Virus record (IMG/VR): IMGVR_UViG_3300045988_170206
Coordinates: 32,001-96,000 of that record
Strand: one strand, 5' to 3'
Length of the DNA: 64,000 nt
DNA from: a virus
Shown: positions 1 through 9,422 of the stretch, one piece after another
Numbering within the stretch: position 1 is the stretch's first letter
Layout: the number at the start of each line of letters is the position of its first letter
Translations under genes and position numbers: made by a program
The notes under the pieces: generated by a model
Told to the model about the DNA's origin: nothing
The model's input: the letters and a program-made list of their open reading frames with translations, nothing else
The model's database searches: none

Positions 1-75
1 CGGCTTGTCGAGTGTCAGGGGGATGGAGATGGACTCGTCTCCCACCTGTGGCCGCATGTCGTTTCTGGTGCTCAT
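1..75 (-). CDS. Hypothetical protein, N-terminal end only (gene runs off the left edge)
   Basis: ATG at 73-75 on the minus strand gives MSTRNDMRPQVGDESISIPLTLDKP..., open to the window edge. Third positions are G/C-rich. Same direction as the upstream operon. Confidence 0.35.
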   Translation of the reverse strand, partial: MSTRNDMRPQVGDESISIPLTLDKP

Positions 76-128
76 GCCCCTATTTTACTGTGTTTTTGAC
101 GGTAAAGGCTGGTATGTGGGGTGCGTGT

Positions 129-1088
129 TTACCCGAAATGGACGTATCCGGTAACCCACTGGTTGAGGTAGCCCTTCTGGAAGCCAACATCGTGAGTTGC
201 TGCGGAGGACTCGTCGGGGGAAACATTGAGGCCGGTTGCGCCGTAGTCGGAGGCGTGGACGATCCATCCGTCCCCGACGTAGATGCCGACGTGGCCGGGG
301 CCCGTGATGATGTCGCCGGGAGTGAGGACTGACTCGTCACCGTTGTAGGGGGTAGCGTGGGCAGCGAAGAAGGCGCTGTTGGCCGATAGGAGGCTGGTGA
401 CCTGCGCGGAGGATGACTGTCCGACGACAATGCGGTCCTGGTCAGCTCCGAGCTGTACGGGGTTGCCAGAGTCGTCCATGGTCCACCCGGCCATAAGGAT
501 GAGGGCGCTCACCCAGCCGGAGCAGTCGTAGCCGGTGGGGCCGCGGCCTCCCCAGTCGTAGGAGTAGTAGCCCTGTGCAGGGAGGTTCGCCATGGCGTAT
601 TTGGCGTTCGCGAGCATGGCGGGGCCGATTTGGCCGGGGGAGGCTGCGACGGTCGGAACACCGTTACCGCCGTCGTATGCGTTGACAGCGGATGCGGCAC
701 TGACGGTTCCGTTGTTGCCAATGCCCATAACCTCGGGGGAGACCTTATCCGACAGGTTGGTGAGCCAGAACCACCCGCCGCCCGCGAGGACGAGCGCGAC
801 GATAGCGAAGATCGCGAGGACGGTCACCCAGCCCATCATGACGAGGCTGAGGAGCGCATCGACGGCGCGGGCGGCGAACTTGATTGCCCCGAGGGTTGCC
901 TGTCGGGCGATGCGAATGATCTTGGTGGTGTCGCTGTTTTCGCTGCCCGTTGCCTTCGCTGTCCCCTCGAGGGCGGCTTTGGAGGCAACGTCTGCTGTGG
1001 CGACGGCGGCGTTGAGGCCGACGCGAGCGGTGAGGGCGACGATCTTGAGGGAGATCGACAGGCATAGGAGGAGGAAGGAGAGAATCAC
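129..1088 (-). CDS. Membrane-anchored NlpC/P60-family peptidoglycan endopeptidase (transfer-associated cell-wall hydrolase)
   Basis: C-terminal YDCSGW...GDIITGPGHVGIYVGDGWIVHAS matches the Cys/His core of NlpC/P60. Two N-terminal TM segments. GTGA overlap with the upstream gene. Confidence 0.8.
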   Translation of the reverse strand: MILSFLLLCLSISLKIVALTARVGLNAAVATADVASKAALEGTAKATGSENSDTTKIIRIARQATLGAIKFAARAVDALLSLVMMGWVTVLAIFAIVALVLAGGGWFWLTNLSDKVSPEVMGIGNNGTVSAASAVNAYDGGNGVPTVAASPGQIGPAMLANAKYAMANLPAQGYYSYDWGGRGPTGYDCSGWVSALILMAGWTMDDSGNPVQLGADQDRIVVGQSSSAQVTSLLSANSAFFAAHATPYNGDESVLTPGDIITGPGHVGIYVGDGWIVHASDYGATGLNVSPDESSAATHDVGFQKGYLNQWVTGYVHFG

Positions 1089-4000
1089 TTCGCCTCTCCC
1101 TTCTTCGCACCTCCTGAGCTCTTGCCGCCCACGAGTTTCTTAGCGCCTGCCTTGATCTTGGAGTTGATGCTGGAGGCAGTGCTTTGAGTCTGCTTCTTGG
1201 ACGACTGGACGGTATCGGTGAGAGCGTCGCGTCGGATCTTGTCGGCGAGGTCGGAGCGTCCGAGCTTTTCTTGCATCTCGGCTTCGGCCTGTGCTGTCTG
1301 GATCTTCGTCTGGCGCGTACTGGTTGCAGTGGCTTCGTCCTGCGCAGCCTGCGTCTTCTTGTCCTGTCGGCGCTGCATGACCTGCTGGCCTGCGTTGACG
1401 GTCCCGCCGACAGCGTTGGAGAAGCCCTGTTTCATTGCTGCACCGATGCCGCCCACTGCTGCGATCTTCGAAAGGGCGCTGCCGAACACGCCGGAGACGC
1501 TGTTGTACGCAGCGGTGGCGTAGTGACGCATGTCCTTGAACACTCCCCGCAGGGTGCGGAAGTACAGGAGGGCCACGATGACGTTGAGCGCGCAGATCGC
1601 GAGGAGCACGAACACTGGGTCACCGAGGCGCACGGATGAGCTGAGCTGTCCGGTCACTCCATCGACGGGATCGCCCATGAGGAGGCTGATAATCCACGTC
1701 ATGCCGAGCGTGATGAGGAGGAACTTGCCCAGTGGTGCGAGGATCGCTCTGGATGCCTTGGAGGCCAGTTTCCCGTCGGTCGCTTGGAAGACTGCGGCGA
1801 GGAGGAAAACGAGGGCGCACACGGCGATTGCGAGGAGTGTCCCGTACTTGAGGAGCGGGACCACGTAGATGCTCAGGAAGTCCGTGAGGATGAGCATGAC
1901 GGAGGTCGTCATGGACGATTCCTGCGTGACCTGCTTGTAGAAGTTGTAGTCGCCGGCCTCGAGAGCGTCCTTCTGGAGGCTGTTCGACAGGATGAGACGC
2001 AGGTAGGAGTCGTAGGAGAAGTTCTTGAGCTCGTAGGACTGTGGGTAGAGCTGCACGCCCTGCTTGATGCCGAAGAACTCCGTATCGGAGAACGCCCGGT
2101 TGAACTCGAACGTGGTGAGCATCGAGGTCGCACTGTTGAGCACGCTGTCCTGGAAGCTGTAGTAGTTCAGCATCTCGTTGAACGGCTTGCGGCTGTTCTC
2201 GAGGACGCTCATGATGCGCGCTTCGACGCTCGTCAGGTCGGCCTTGGTGAGGCCGTAGGCGTTCATCTCGGAGGGGGAGAACACCATGGGGCGCTCTTCG
2301 GGGTAGGAGGCCGGGTCGAGGGGGTCGGTGATCGTGTAGGTCTTGCCGTTATGGCGGATCGTCTGTTGCTTGGCGTAGGAAGCGTCGTAGAGCTGGTCCA
2401 CCCATGCGGAGTGCATGTTGGCGAGCTGGGCAACATTGACGTTCTGCCAATATTTCTGGCGGTTCTCGGGGTCGTCGCGGAACTCTGCGTCGTGACCTGG
2501 CTCGAACGGGAGGTTCGGGTAGGTCTTAAGGCTGTAGCGCTTGTCGTATTCGACGACGACGTTGTTAGCTGCCTTGAGGTAGGGGATGGTGTAGGTGAAG
2601 AGTTCCTTCATGCCCAGGTAGTCCTTGAGCTCGCCGTCGTTGTCGGCGGTCTCGTCCTCGTTCTCCCCGGAGGCGTTGTTGTAGAAGAACCCCTGGTTGG
2701 GCTTGTTCAGGAGCATATCCTTGTAGCCGCCGGACGCGCTGTTCTTCGCGGAGAGGCCGTGGTCGTAGGTGTACCAGGAGAAGTGGTAGTAGGGGGATTC
2801 GGATGCGAGCGCGAAGGCTCCCAGGCCGTTGTAGTCGGCATCCGTGTACGTCTCGTCGTCGGGGTTGTATCCGGCGGGGTTGGCGCTCTTGATCTGCTCA
2901 CGCGCGGACTTGCCCTGCGTGTAGGTGCCGAGGCTGAACTGGAATGCGCCGCCGGGGATGCCTACGTGGTCGTTGTACGACAGGTTGTCGAGCTTGTTCA
3001 CGTCGGCGAAGTGGTCGGCGACGATCTTGCTGGACAGGACGGGCGTGATGTAGGACAGGGTGGCGGGGTTGGAGTCGCCGGTTGGGCGGTTCGCAAAGCC
3101 GGACCCCATGTAGGTGTCGAGGTCCGCCTTGTAGTTCCCGTAGCTGTCCTTAAGGCCCTGCGGCCAGGTGTCGGTAGCGGGGTCGGTGTTGACGGTGGCC
3201 TTACCGTCGCCGCGGGCCGCTACGCCGAGGTAGGTGTAGCGGGAGGAGTTGGAGATGTCCACGTAGGAGCGGTACAGGTATGTGGAATTGGGGTCGTCGA
3301 GGTAGGTTTCGCCGCCGTAGGCCTGCTGAGTGGCGCTGTTGAGGAGCTTGGAGAGGCTGGGGCTGTTCTGTGTGGCGTTGGCGAGGTCTTTGCCGTATTC
3401 GACAGCGGTGCGCTTCTTCGGGGACTGCCACTTCAGGAGGATGTTTTCGCCGCCTCGGTTGCTGATCGAGTTGGCCTTGCCGTCGGTGCCGTCGGACACG
3501 AAGGAGCCCATGTCGGCACTGTTGTTGAACACGGTTTGCAGGTAGTTCGAGTAGTCGTCACCTGCTGCGGCCTTGTCGATCTCCGTGGAGTACGTCTGGT
3601 GGGTGATAACGGCCCAGTACGTGAACTTTTGGCTGTAGACGGCGTTGCTGAACCTGTTCGTCGTGTCCACGACTCCGTTGATGACGGGGAAGATAGACAG
3701 GGCGATGACGACGAAGATTGTGAAGGAGCCGAGGGCTTGCTTCCAGCTCATCATGCTCATGACGGTGTAGACGCACAGGACGATGAGGATGACGAGGAGC
3801 AGGTAGACAACGTAGTCGTTGTAGACCTTGATGAGGGTGTCGGTCCAAGACAGATCGTGCAGGTTGGGTGTGGACACGTATCCAGCGAAGCCGGTGTAAC
3901 GGGTGGTGCCTTGGACGATACTGATGGCCTGGGTGCCGGTCATGTCGTCGTGCCAGCGGATGAGAAGGCCGGAGATTTTGCTCGTGATGAGCTGCGCCGC

Positions 4001-5926
4001 GTAATTCGTGTGCTCCCAGTTCGGGGACAGGAAGAAGTACAGGTAGTTGGTGATCGCGTCGGCCTTCTCGTTTTTCACCTGCGCGGGGTCGGCCTCGAGC
4101 TTCACGTCGGACTTAACGGCAGGGAGGGATGCGTTGTACTTCCATCCCATCTTCTGATTCACCTTGTCGTCGCCGAATGCGGCCATGACGTAGCTGGCGT
4201 AGAGGCTGACGGCGGTGGGCTTGGGCATTGACGCTGCGGTCTGGGCGAGGTTCGACGCGGGGTCGAGGGCTTTCTGCCAGGCGTTTGAGGTCGTGTTCTT
4301 GTCGAGGTTGCCTGCCTTGGCGAAGACCTCACCGGAGGGAGCGGTGATCGCATCCTGGTACATGCCGTCTTCGGGCACGTCGCCCTTGAATGCCTGGATG
4401 TCGTCGAGGACGACCATCTTGTTGGTCGTGTAGACGGTCGTGGAGGCCTGTCCTTCGTGTGCGCCGACCCATTCCTTGTAGATGAACGGGGAGCGGGACT
4501 GGTTGGTTTGCGTCGCGGAGCGCATGACGGCGAAGGCGTTCTGGTTGTTGCCGCCGAACATGTTGTGCACGTAGTCGTCTGAGGCTACGCCTGCTGTCTT
4601 GTACTTCTCTTTGAGCTGTTCTTCGAGCTTTTCTTTGGTGGTGGTCCAGGAGTCAGTGAAGAACCCGTCGTTGGCGGTGGTGTTACTCGCGGAGCCGGGC
4701 TGCGTCTTACCGAAGAAGCTGGAGATCGGCATGAAGCCAGAGCCGTTCGCGTCATCGAGGGTTCCGCTGATCTTGGTGGTCGCGTAGTTTGTGTTGTAGC
4801 CGCTCGAGGTCTCCCAGGGAGTCGTGAGCTGCTGCTCGATGTTCGACAGGACAAGGTTCTGGAAGTTCACGGTGTTGTAGGCGCTCGCGGGCCCGTACTT
4901 GGTGCCGGAGGAGTCTACCTTGGTCCAGGTGCCAGGGTTCATGGATGCGGGGATCGCGACCCACGTGTGGTTGGGGCCGCGGTACACGATGTCGCCGAAG
5001 GGGCTGATCGCCATTTTGCCGGAGAAGCTGGACTGGTCGAGGGCAGTATCGGCGAGGGCTTTAGCTGCTGCGGTTGCGTCCACGCCGTCGGTGAATGCGT
5101 CGGCCTCACCCTTGGAGAGGTCCGCATCGGCGGTGGAGAGGTCGAACAGGCTGGAGCCGTATCCGTTGCCGAGGTCGGCCATGGCGAGCGCCTGGTAGAG
5201 GGCGACAGTGGAGGGAGTGAGGTTCACGCCGGTGGGATCCCAGACGAAAGCGGGAACTGTCTTACCGTCCACCTGGTAGACGAGAGCGTTCCACTTAGCT
5301 TTCATCGCCGGGTCGTCTTCCTTGAGGAAGGTGTAGTTCGGGTTGGTGAGGCTACCGCCGGACACCATACGCAGGAAGGAACGCCAGTCGGTCGGGTAGG
5401 AGTCCTTGACTGTCCAGGAGGTGTTCTGGTCCCAGTAGTCGCCGTCGGAGTATGCGAAGGATAGGTCGGTGCCGCCCTGCCAGACGTTGCCGATGATGTA
5501 GGCGGCAACCGAGTCGGCGGAGTCGGCGCTCATGCCGACGGTGGACTGTAGGGCGCTGGACACGGACTTCTGTGTCGCGTCGCGAGCGTCGCTGTCCTTC
5601 TTCATGATCGAGCCGTTGTAGTTGAACTGGCTCTGGAAGGGCACGTAGAAGTTCGATGCGAAGGTGCCGAGGATCCGCAGTTCTTCCGGCTTGAGGCTAC
5701 TGGCATTGGTGTCTGCGAGCTTCTGGTTCTTCGCCAGGTTGATGATCGCAGCGGTACGGCTCGTCGCGTTGCCGCCCGTGGGGGTTTTCTCGTCGGCGGC
5801 GAACGCTGCGGGGGCGACGATAACGCCGCTCGTGACGACGAGGGCCATGAGGAACATGACGACGCGGGGCGCTGCCTTCTTGATGCGGCGCACAGTCGAG
5901 CGCATAATGCTGCGGATCTTCTTCAT
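1085..5926 (-). CDS. Giant polytopic membrane protein (1613 aa), candidate VirB6/PrgH-like channel component
   Basis: Start MKKIRSIMRS preceded by GAAAGG. N-terminal signal/TM, a mid TM pair (VVYLLLVILIVLCVY.., FTIFVVIALSIFPV), a C-terminal cluster of at least 4 TMs and a Lys/Gln-rich tail. Two ectodomains of about 600 aa each. Confidence 0.55.
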   Translation of the reverse strand: MKKIRSIMRSTVRRIKKAAPRVVMFLMALVVTSGVIVAPAAFAADEKTPTGGNATSRTAAIINLAKNQKLADTNASSLKPEELRILGTFASNFYVPFQSQFNYNGSIMKKDSDARDATQKSVSSALQSTVGMSADSADSVAAYIIGNVWQGGTDLSFAYSDGDYWDQNTSWTVKDSYPTDWRSFLRMVSGGSLTNPNYTFLKEDDPAMKAKWNALVYQVDGKTVPAFVWDPTGVNLTPSTVALYQALAMADLGNGYGSSLFDLSTADADLSKGEADAFTDGVDATAAAKALADTALDQSSFSGKMAISPFGDIVYRGPNHTWVAIPASMNPGTWTKVDSSGTKYGPASAYNTVNFQNLVLSNIEQQLTTPWETSSGYNTNYATTKISGTLDDANGSGFMPISSFFGKTQPGSASNTTANDGFFTDSWTTTKEKLEEQLKEKYKTAGVASDDYVHNMFGGNNQNAFAVMRSATQTNQSRSPFIYKEWVGAHEGQASTTVYTTNKMVVLDDIQAFKGDVPEDGMYQDAITAPSGEVFAKAGNLDKNTTSNAWQKALDPASNLAQTAASMPKPTAVSLYASYVMAAFGDDKVNQKMGWKYNASLPAVKSDVKLEADPAQVKNEKADAITNYLYFFLSPNWEHTNYAAQLITSKISGLLIRWHDDMTGTQAISIVQGTTRYTGFAGYVSTPNLHDLSWTDTLIKVYNDYVVYLLLVILIVLCVYTVMSMMSWKQALGSFTIFVVIALSIFPVINGVVDTTNRFSNAVYSQKFTYWAVITHQTYSTEIDKAAAGDDYSNYLQTVFNNSADMGSFVSDGTDGKANSISNRGGENILLKWQSPKKRTAVEYGKDLANATQNSPSLSKLLNSATQQAYGGETYLDDPNSTYLYRSYVDISNSSRYTYLGVAARGDGKATVNTDPATDTWPQGLKDSYGNYKADLDTYMGSGFANRPTGDSNPATLSYITPVLSSKIVADHFADVNKLDNLSYNDHVGIPGGAFQFSLGTYTQGKSAREQIKSANPAGYNPDDETYTDADYNGLGAFALASESPYYHFSWYTYDHGLSAKNSASGGYKDMLLNKPNQGFFYNNASGENEDETADNDGELKDYLGMKELFTYTIPYLKAANNVVVEYDKRYSLKTYPNLPFEPGHDAEFRDDPENRQKYWQNVNVAQLANMHSAWVDQLYDASYAKQQTIRHNGKTYTITDPLDPASYPEERPMVFSPSEMNAYGLTKADLTSVEARIMSVLENSRKPFNEMLNYYSFQDSVLNSATSMLTTFEFNRAFSDTEFFGIKQGVQLYPQSYELKNFSYDSYLRLILSNSLQKDALEAGDYNFYKQVTQESSMTTSVMLILTDFLSIYVVPLLKYGTLLAIAVCALVFLLAAVFQATDGKLASKASRAILAPLGKFLLITLGMTWIISLLMGDPVDGVTGQLSSSVRLGDPVFVLLAICALNVIVALLYFRTLRGVFKDMRHYATAAYNSVSGVFGSALSKIAAVGGIGAAMKQGFSNAVGGTVNAGQQVMQRRQDKKTQAAQDEATATSTRQTKIQTAQAEAEMQEKLGRSDLADKIRRDALTDTVQSSKKQTQSTASSINSKIKAGAKKLVGGKSSGGAKKGEAK

Positions 5927-5940
5927 TTGCTTAACCTTTC

Positions 5941-6723
5941 TTAGTTCACTCCGGCGACCTGGAGGAACCACCCCATGATCTCATAGATACTGCCGCTCAC
6001 GAGGTAGACCAGCACGATGGCGAGTCCAGCCATGACGAAGACTCTCCGCTTGAACCAGATCCACACGGCGCTCTTATTGCTGTCCATTTCTTCGCGCACC
6101 GCTCGTCGGGCTGCTGACGAGACGAACCTGCGGGTGATGCCCTTGTCCGCGTCGCCGACTTGGAACACGGGGATCGCGATGAAGGCCAGGTCGATGAGGA
6201 GGCTCGTCGTCACGAAAACGATAATGAGGATCGCGACGAGCCCCAAGAATGTGCTGAATGGGCCAGTGAAGGGCTTGAGGAGCGCCATGGCGCTGTAGAA
6301 GTTTGCGGATGCGTCAGTCGTTAGGTTACTGACCGCTGCTGAGACCTTGCCGTCTTGCTGACTGATGAAGGAATAGAGCTTGGACTTACGCTGCCCACCG
6401 AGGCCGCTCTTGCTGGTAGCCGACAGCGCAGCCTGCATGAAGGTCTGCTTGTCCTTGCTGTCGAGCTTGTTGTACGTCGTGAAGTCAAAGCTGACGGATC
6501 CTTCTTTGGCATCGTAGGCCATGATCTCGGGCGAGTTTTTGAGGCTCCGGTTCGCCTCGGTAACGATGGCGGAGATGTTGACATCGTTCTTGGCGATGTA
6601 GGTGGTGGCGCGCACGTTGTCGTCCGCGAAGGCTGGCCCGACAGAGATGATGAGCGCGACGAGGGTAGCGAGGAGCGTCAGGAGCGCCTTGCGGGGGCCT
6701 GCGAGTGTCTGCGTGGGGGTCAT
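5941..6723 (-). CDS. Secreted/membrane protein, paralog A of a three-member family (signal peptide, ectodomain, TM hairpin, basic loop, terminal TM)
   Basis: Signal peptide ...SVGPAFA. C-terminus FTGPFSTFLGLVAILIIVF..LIDLAFIAIPVFQV...AVWIWFKRR aligns with the 6815-7780 product. Confidence 0.75.
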   Translation of the reverse strand: MTPTQTLAGPRKALLTLLATLVALIISVGPAFADDNVRATTYIAKNDVNISAIVTEANRSLKNSPEIMAYDAKEGSVSFDFTTYNKLDSKDKQTFMQAALSATSKSGLGGQRKSKLYSFISQQDGKVSAAVSNLTTDASANFYSAMALLKPFTGPFSTFLGLVAILIIVFVTTSLLIDLAFIAIPVFQVGDADKGITRRFVSSAARRAVREEMDSNKSAVWIWFKRRVFVMAGLAIVLVYLVSGSIYEIMGWFLQVAGVN

Positions 6724-6814
6724 TGGGTCATTTGCCTTTGCGTGAGCGTGTGCGTGTTGTGGATGTCGATGAGGGCAGGGGAGCTGGCATGTTGCTCCCC
6801 TGCCCTCGAGCGGA

Positions 6815-7780
6815 TCAGAAGAGGCTTCCGGTCACAAGGTCCATGGCCGTACCGACAAGGCTCCAGAGGAGGTTGTAGGCGAGGAAGCACAGAGCAAGGC
6901 CAACCATTAGGTACTTCATAAAGGCCTTCTTGAAGTACACCCAGACGGCGTTCTGGCCATTCTCTTCAGCTTCGACGGCCTTTCGGGCTGCTGTGGACAC
7001 GAGCTTGGTGCTCGCCTGACGTAGGCCACCGCCGCCGCCACTACCGTTACCACCACCGTTGGCGACGGCATCGGAAAGCACCTGGAACGCGGGGATGCTG
7101 ATGTACGCCAGGTCGATGACCGCTGAAATTGTTGTCCCCGCGAGGATCAGGATAGCCAGGAAGCCCAGGGCGGTGGACAGTGGGCCGCTGAACGGCGCGA
7201 ACCAGCGCGCGCCGCCGTCAAGGTCGGCATACACGCCGCGAGCGAGCGTCGAGGTCAGGAGCTTCGAACCGAGGCCCGAGTTGGAGCGCAGTTCCTTGAA
7301 CCAGTTCTGCTTCGTCTCTGAGCTCACGCCAGCGGACTTAGCAAGGGACGGAGTGTAGTCCTGAGCAGTCGGCTCCGTGTAGCTGTCGGTCTTGGCCATC
7401 AGGTCGTTGGCGAACTGGCTCTGTGCCGAAGATGTGAGCTGTTCGTAGATGGCCTGGTTAATCGTGCCCTCGGGCTTGATAATGTCCGAACCGTTGACGG
7501 TGCCGCCGCCGCTGAGCTGGTAGGTGTTCCCAGCCAGATCCTTAGCGACGGTGGTACGTAGAGCCTTGTCGGCCTCCTGTGTGGCGTTACCAGCGCCGTT
7601 GCCGTCGGCTGCGGGCAGCACGCCAACTGTTGTGGGTGCAGTGACGCTGATCGACGCGCTCGCGGGCGCAGTGACGGGAGCCGCTGTCGCAGCGGTTGTG
7701 GTGGCAACGATTGGGGCGACGGCCAGGAACAGCGTTGCGAGTGCCGCTCGGCCCATGCCCATGCGTGGGGAGAGTTTCAT
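6815..7780 (-). CDS. Secreted/membrane protein, paralog B of the same family
   Basis: Signal peptide. FSGPLSTALGFLAILILAG..VIDLAYISIPAFQV, a Gly-rich loop, then AVWVYFKK and a terminal TM. Confidence 0.75.
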   Translation of the reverse strand: MKLSPRMGMGRAALATLFLAVAPIVATTTAATAAPVTAPASASISVTAPTTVGVLPAADGNGAGNATQEADKALRTTVAKDLAGNTYQLSGGGTVNGSDIIKPEGTINQAIYEQLTSSAQSQFANDLMAKTDSYTEPTAQDYTPSLAKSAGVSSETKQNWFKELRSNSGLGSKLLTSTLARGVYADLDGGARWFAPFSGPLSTALGFLAILILAGTTISAVIDLAYISIPAFQVLSDAVANGGGNGSGGGGGLRQASTKLVSTAARKAVEAEENGQNAVWVYFKKAFMKYLMVGLALCFLAYNLLWSLVGTAMDLVTGSLF

Positions 7781-7804
7781 TCTTCGGTGTCTTTCTGTGT
7801 CGAT

Positions 7805-8569
7805 TCAGATGATCTGGAACGATGTGTACGGGGCGATTCCGAGCCTGTAGATCAGCCAGCCCAGGAGTCCTAGGTTGACTGCGTGCAGGATGTTGAACAC
7901 GATCTTCTTCTCCCAAGTGCCACCAGTGGAGAAGAAGCCGGGCTCGCCCTTTCGTCGGGGTTTGACGTGAGGGATTATTTTGATCCGTTCGGGCAGGATC
8001 TTCTTCCTGAGTATCACTCGGTTGATGAAGAGTCCCGTTGCGAACGGTAGTCCCTCGGGGGTGAGGAGGTCGAGGGTGAGGTGGGCGATGAGGCCCATGA
8101 TGATGCCGGTGAGTACAAGCTGGGTTAGAGCCTCCCCTAGGTTGGTCGTGAGTGGATTAAGTTGCGTGAGTGCTCCGAAGAGGAGCAGGAATGGCAACTC
8201 GCTGTGGGTCTGCCAAGACCTGTGCTTACAGTCAAGGATACTGAGTATCTGCGCCGTTCGTGACTTACGGGGCGCAATGTCACGCAGTGGTCGCGTGAGG
8301 TGCAGGATATGGCTGATTGTCCTGGATACGGGATCCTGGGAGGGGATCGTGTGGCCTGAGCGTTCGCCGGCGAGCTTCACTTCATCCCACACGCTGCCGG
8401 GGTGGTGGTCAAGGTCGCTTGCTGTGGATCCCCACAGGGCGAAGGGGTAGAGGACGACCAGTGAGGCGAGCGGGGCTGCTTCAATGAGTGGCGCGTGGTG
8501 TGCTGCGAGGGCCGTGTAACCGATCATGCACGCTGCTGCGCCTCCGGCGCGGTGGGTTGCTCCCTGCAT
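7805..8569 (-). CDS. YdjM/DUF457-like membrane-bound metal-dependent hydrolase
   Basis: N-terminal MQGATHRAGG and SDLDHH motifs on a multi-TM body resemble the DUF457 family. Recalled by eye only. Confidence 0.45.
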   Translation of the reverse strand: MQGATHRAGGAAACMIGYTALAAHHAPLIEAAPLASLVVLYPFALWGSTASDLDHHPGSVWDEVKLAGERSGHTIPSQDPVSRTISHILHLTRPLRDIAPRKSRTAQILSILDCKHRSWQTHSELPFLLLFGALTQLNPLTTNLGEALTQLVLTGIIMGLIAHLTLDLLTPEGLPFATGLFINRVILRKKILPERIKIIPHVKPRRKGEPGFFSTGGTWEKKIVFNILHAVNLGLLGWLIYRLGIAPYTSFQII

Positions 8570-9057
8570 TAGGCTGTGGCCTCCTGTAGGTCGTTGAAGC
8601 GCTGACGGAAGGCAGGGTTAACGCATGTGCGGAACGTGGTGTCGGTGCCGTCCCATTTGGCGACGGCGGTTGCCCGGTTGAATCGGACTTTCCCGGTGTC
8701 GCTGACGTGGAGTGCGCCGATACCGCGGAGGACTGCGCGCCCCGACGTGGCGAGCTCTCGGATGATGGCGTTCGCGTATGCGGCGAGCACCATGCGGGCG
8801 AGTTCAATGTCGTAGCCGTAGTCGGCTGCGAAGGCTGCGTACTGGGCCTCGAGGGGCTGTCGCTCGTTCAGCCCGTAGCTGGGGGTGCCGTTGGAGAACT
8901 CGATGATGCCGAGGTAGCTGACGGTGGTTGGCTGGGTAGCGCTGGTTGCCTGGCTGGCCGTCCATTCACCGTATCGGGTGATGATCTCGTGTGCGAGGGC
9001 GTGGCTGACCTGGCATGTTTCCGCTGTCTGTCGGATGCGGGGGGTTCTGACGGTCAT
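8569..9057 (-). CDS. Hypothetical protein, possible HU/IHF-like fold in the C-terminal half
   Basis: 162-aa ORF coupled at both ends. ..IIRELATSGRAVLRGIGALHVSDTGKVRFNR.. resembles the HU arm region. Weak. Confidence 0.6.
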   Translation of the reverse strand: MTVRTPRIRQTAETCQVSHALAHEIITRYGEWTASQATSATQPTTVSYLGIIEFSNGTPSYGLNERQPLEAQYAAFAADYGYDIELARMVLAAYANAIIRELATSGRAVLRGIGALHVSDTGKVRFNRATAVAKWDGTDTTFRTCVNPAFRQRFNDLQEATA

Positions 9058-9347
9058 GCGAACTCCAGGGTCTTGATGGAGGCGTAGTACTTGGTGCGTA
9101 CCTCCGTGTCCTGCCAGATGTTGTATGTGGCCATGATCTTGGGGTCGGACATGGCCTGAATGACGGCGGCTTCCTCTGCTGTCCGGGTGATGTCGAACTC
9201 GAGCACGTCTCCGTTAGTGGGGACGTGCTCCTTGAGCATGGTGAGGAGTGCGTCTGCTGTGGATGCGGAGACGCGCGCGCTTTCGGTGGCCTGGCGGCGG
9301 CTGTTAGGCATGAAGCGCTGCTTGAACACTTCCTTGAAGGTGCTCAT
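9054..9347 (-). CDS. Hypothetical protein (97 aa)
   Basis: ORF in operon register, overlaps the downstream gene by 4 nt, G/C-rich third positions. Confidence 0.65.
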   Translation of the reverse strand: MSTFKEVFKQRFMPNSRRQATESARVSASTADALLTMLKEHVPTNGDVLEFDITRTAEEAAVIQAMSDPKIMATYNIWQDTEVRTKYYASIKTLEFA

Positions 9348-9422
9348 GGGCTTCCTTTCTGGCGGGTGCGGGGGCGACGCTCCCCACTGTTGTTTGGCGG
9401 ATGAGCGTCGCCCCGGTGGGGG

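Noticed and set aside
1784-4231. 815-aa plus-strand ORF (similar cases: 19102-21699, 21769-23541, 27609-29063, 40012-40944, 40984-41940, 33495-34271)
   Set aside because: These lie antisense to long minus-strand genes with clear motifs. Their products are Gly/Val/Asp/Glu/Arg-rich low-complexity sequence, typical of shadow ORFs in high-GC DNA. They have no RBS or start-stop coupling.
8569-9057. Calling 8569-9057 an HU/IHF-family nucleoid protein
   Set aside because: Only a ~35-aa stretch resembles the HU arm region, and the protein is twice the size of HU. It is kept as a hypothetical protein with a note, not as a functional call.
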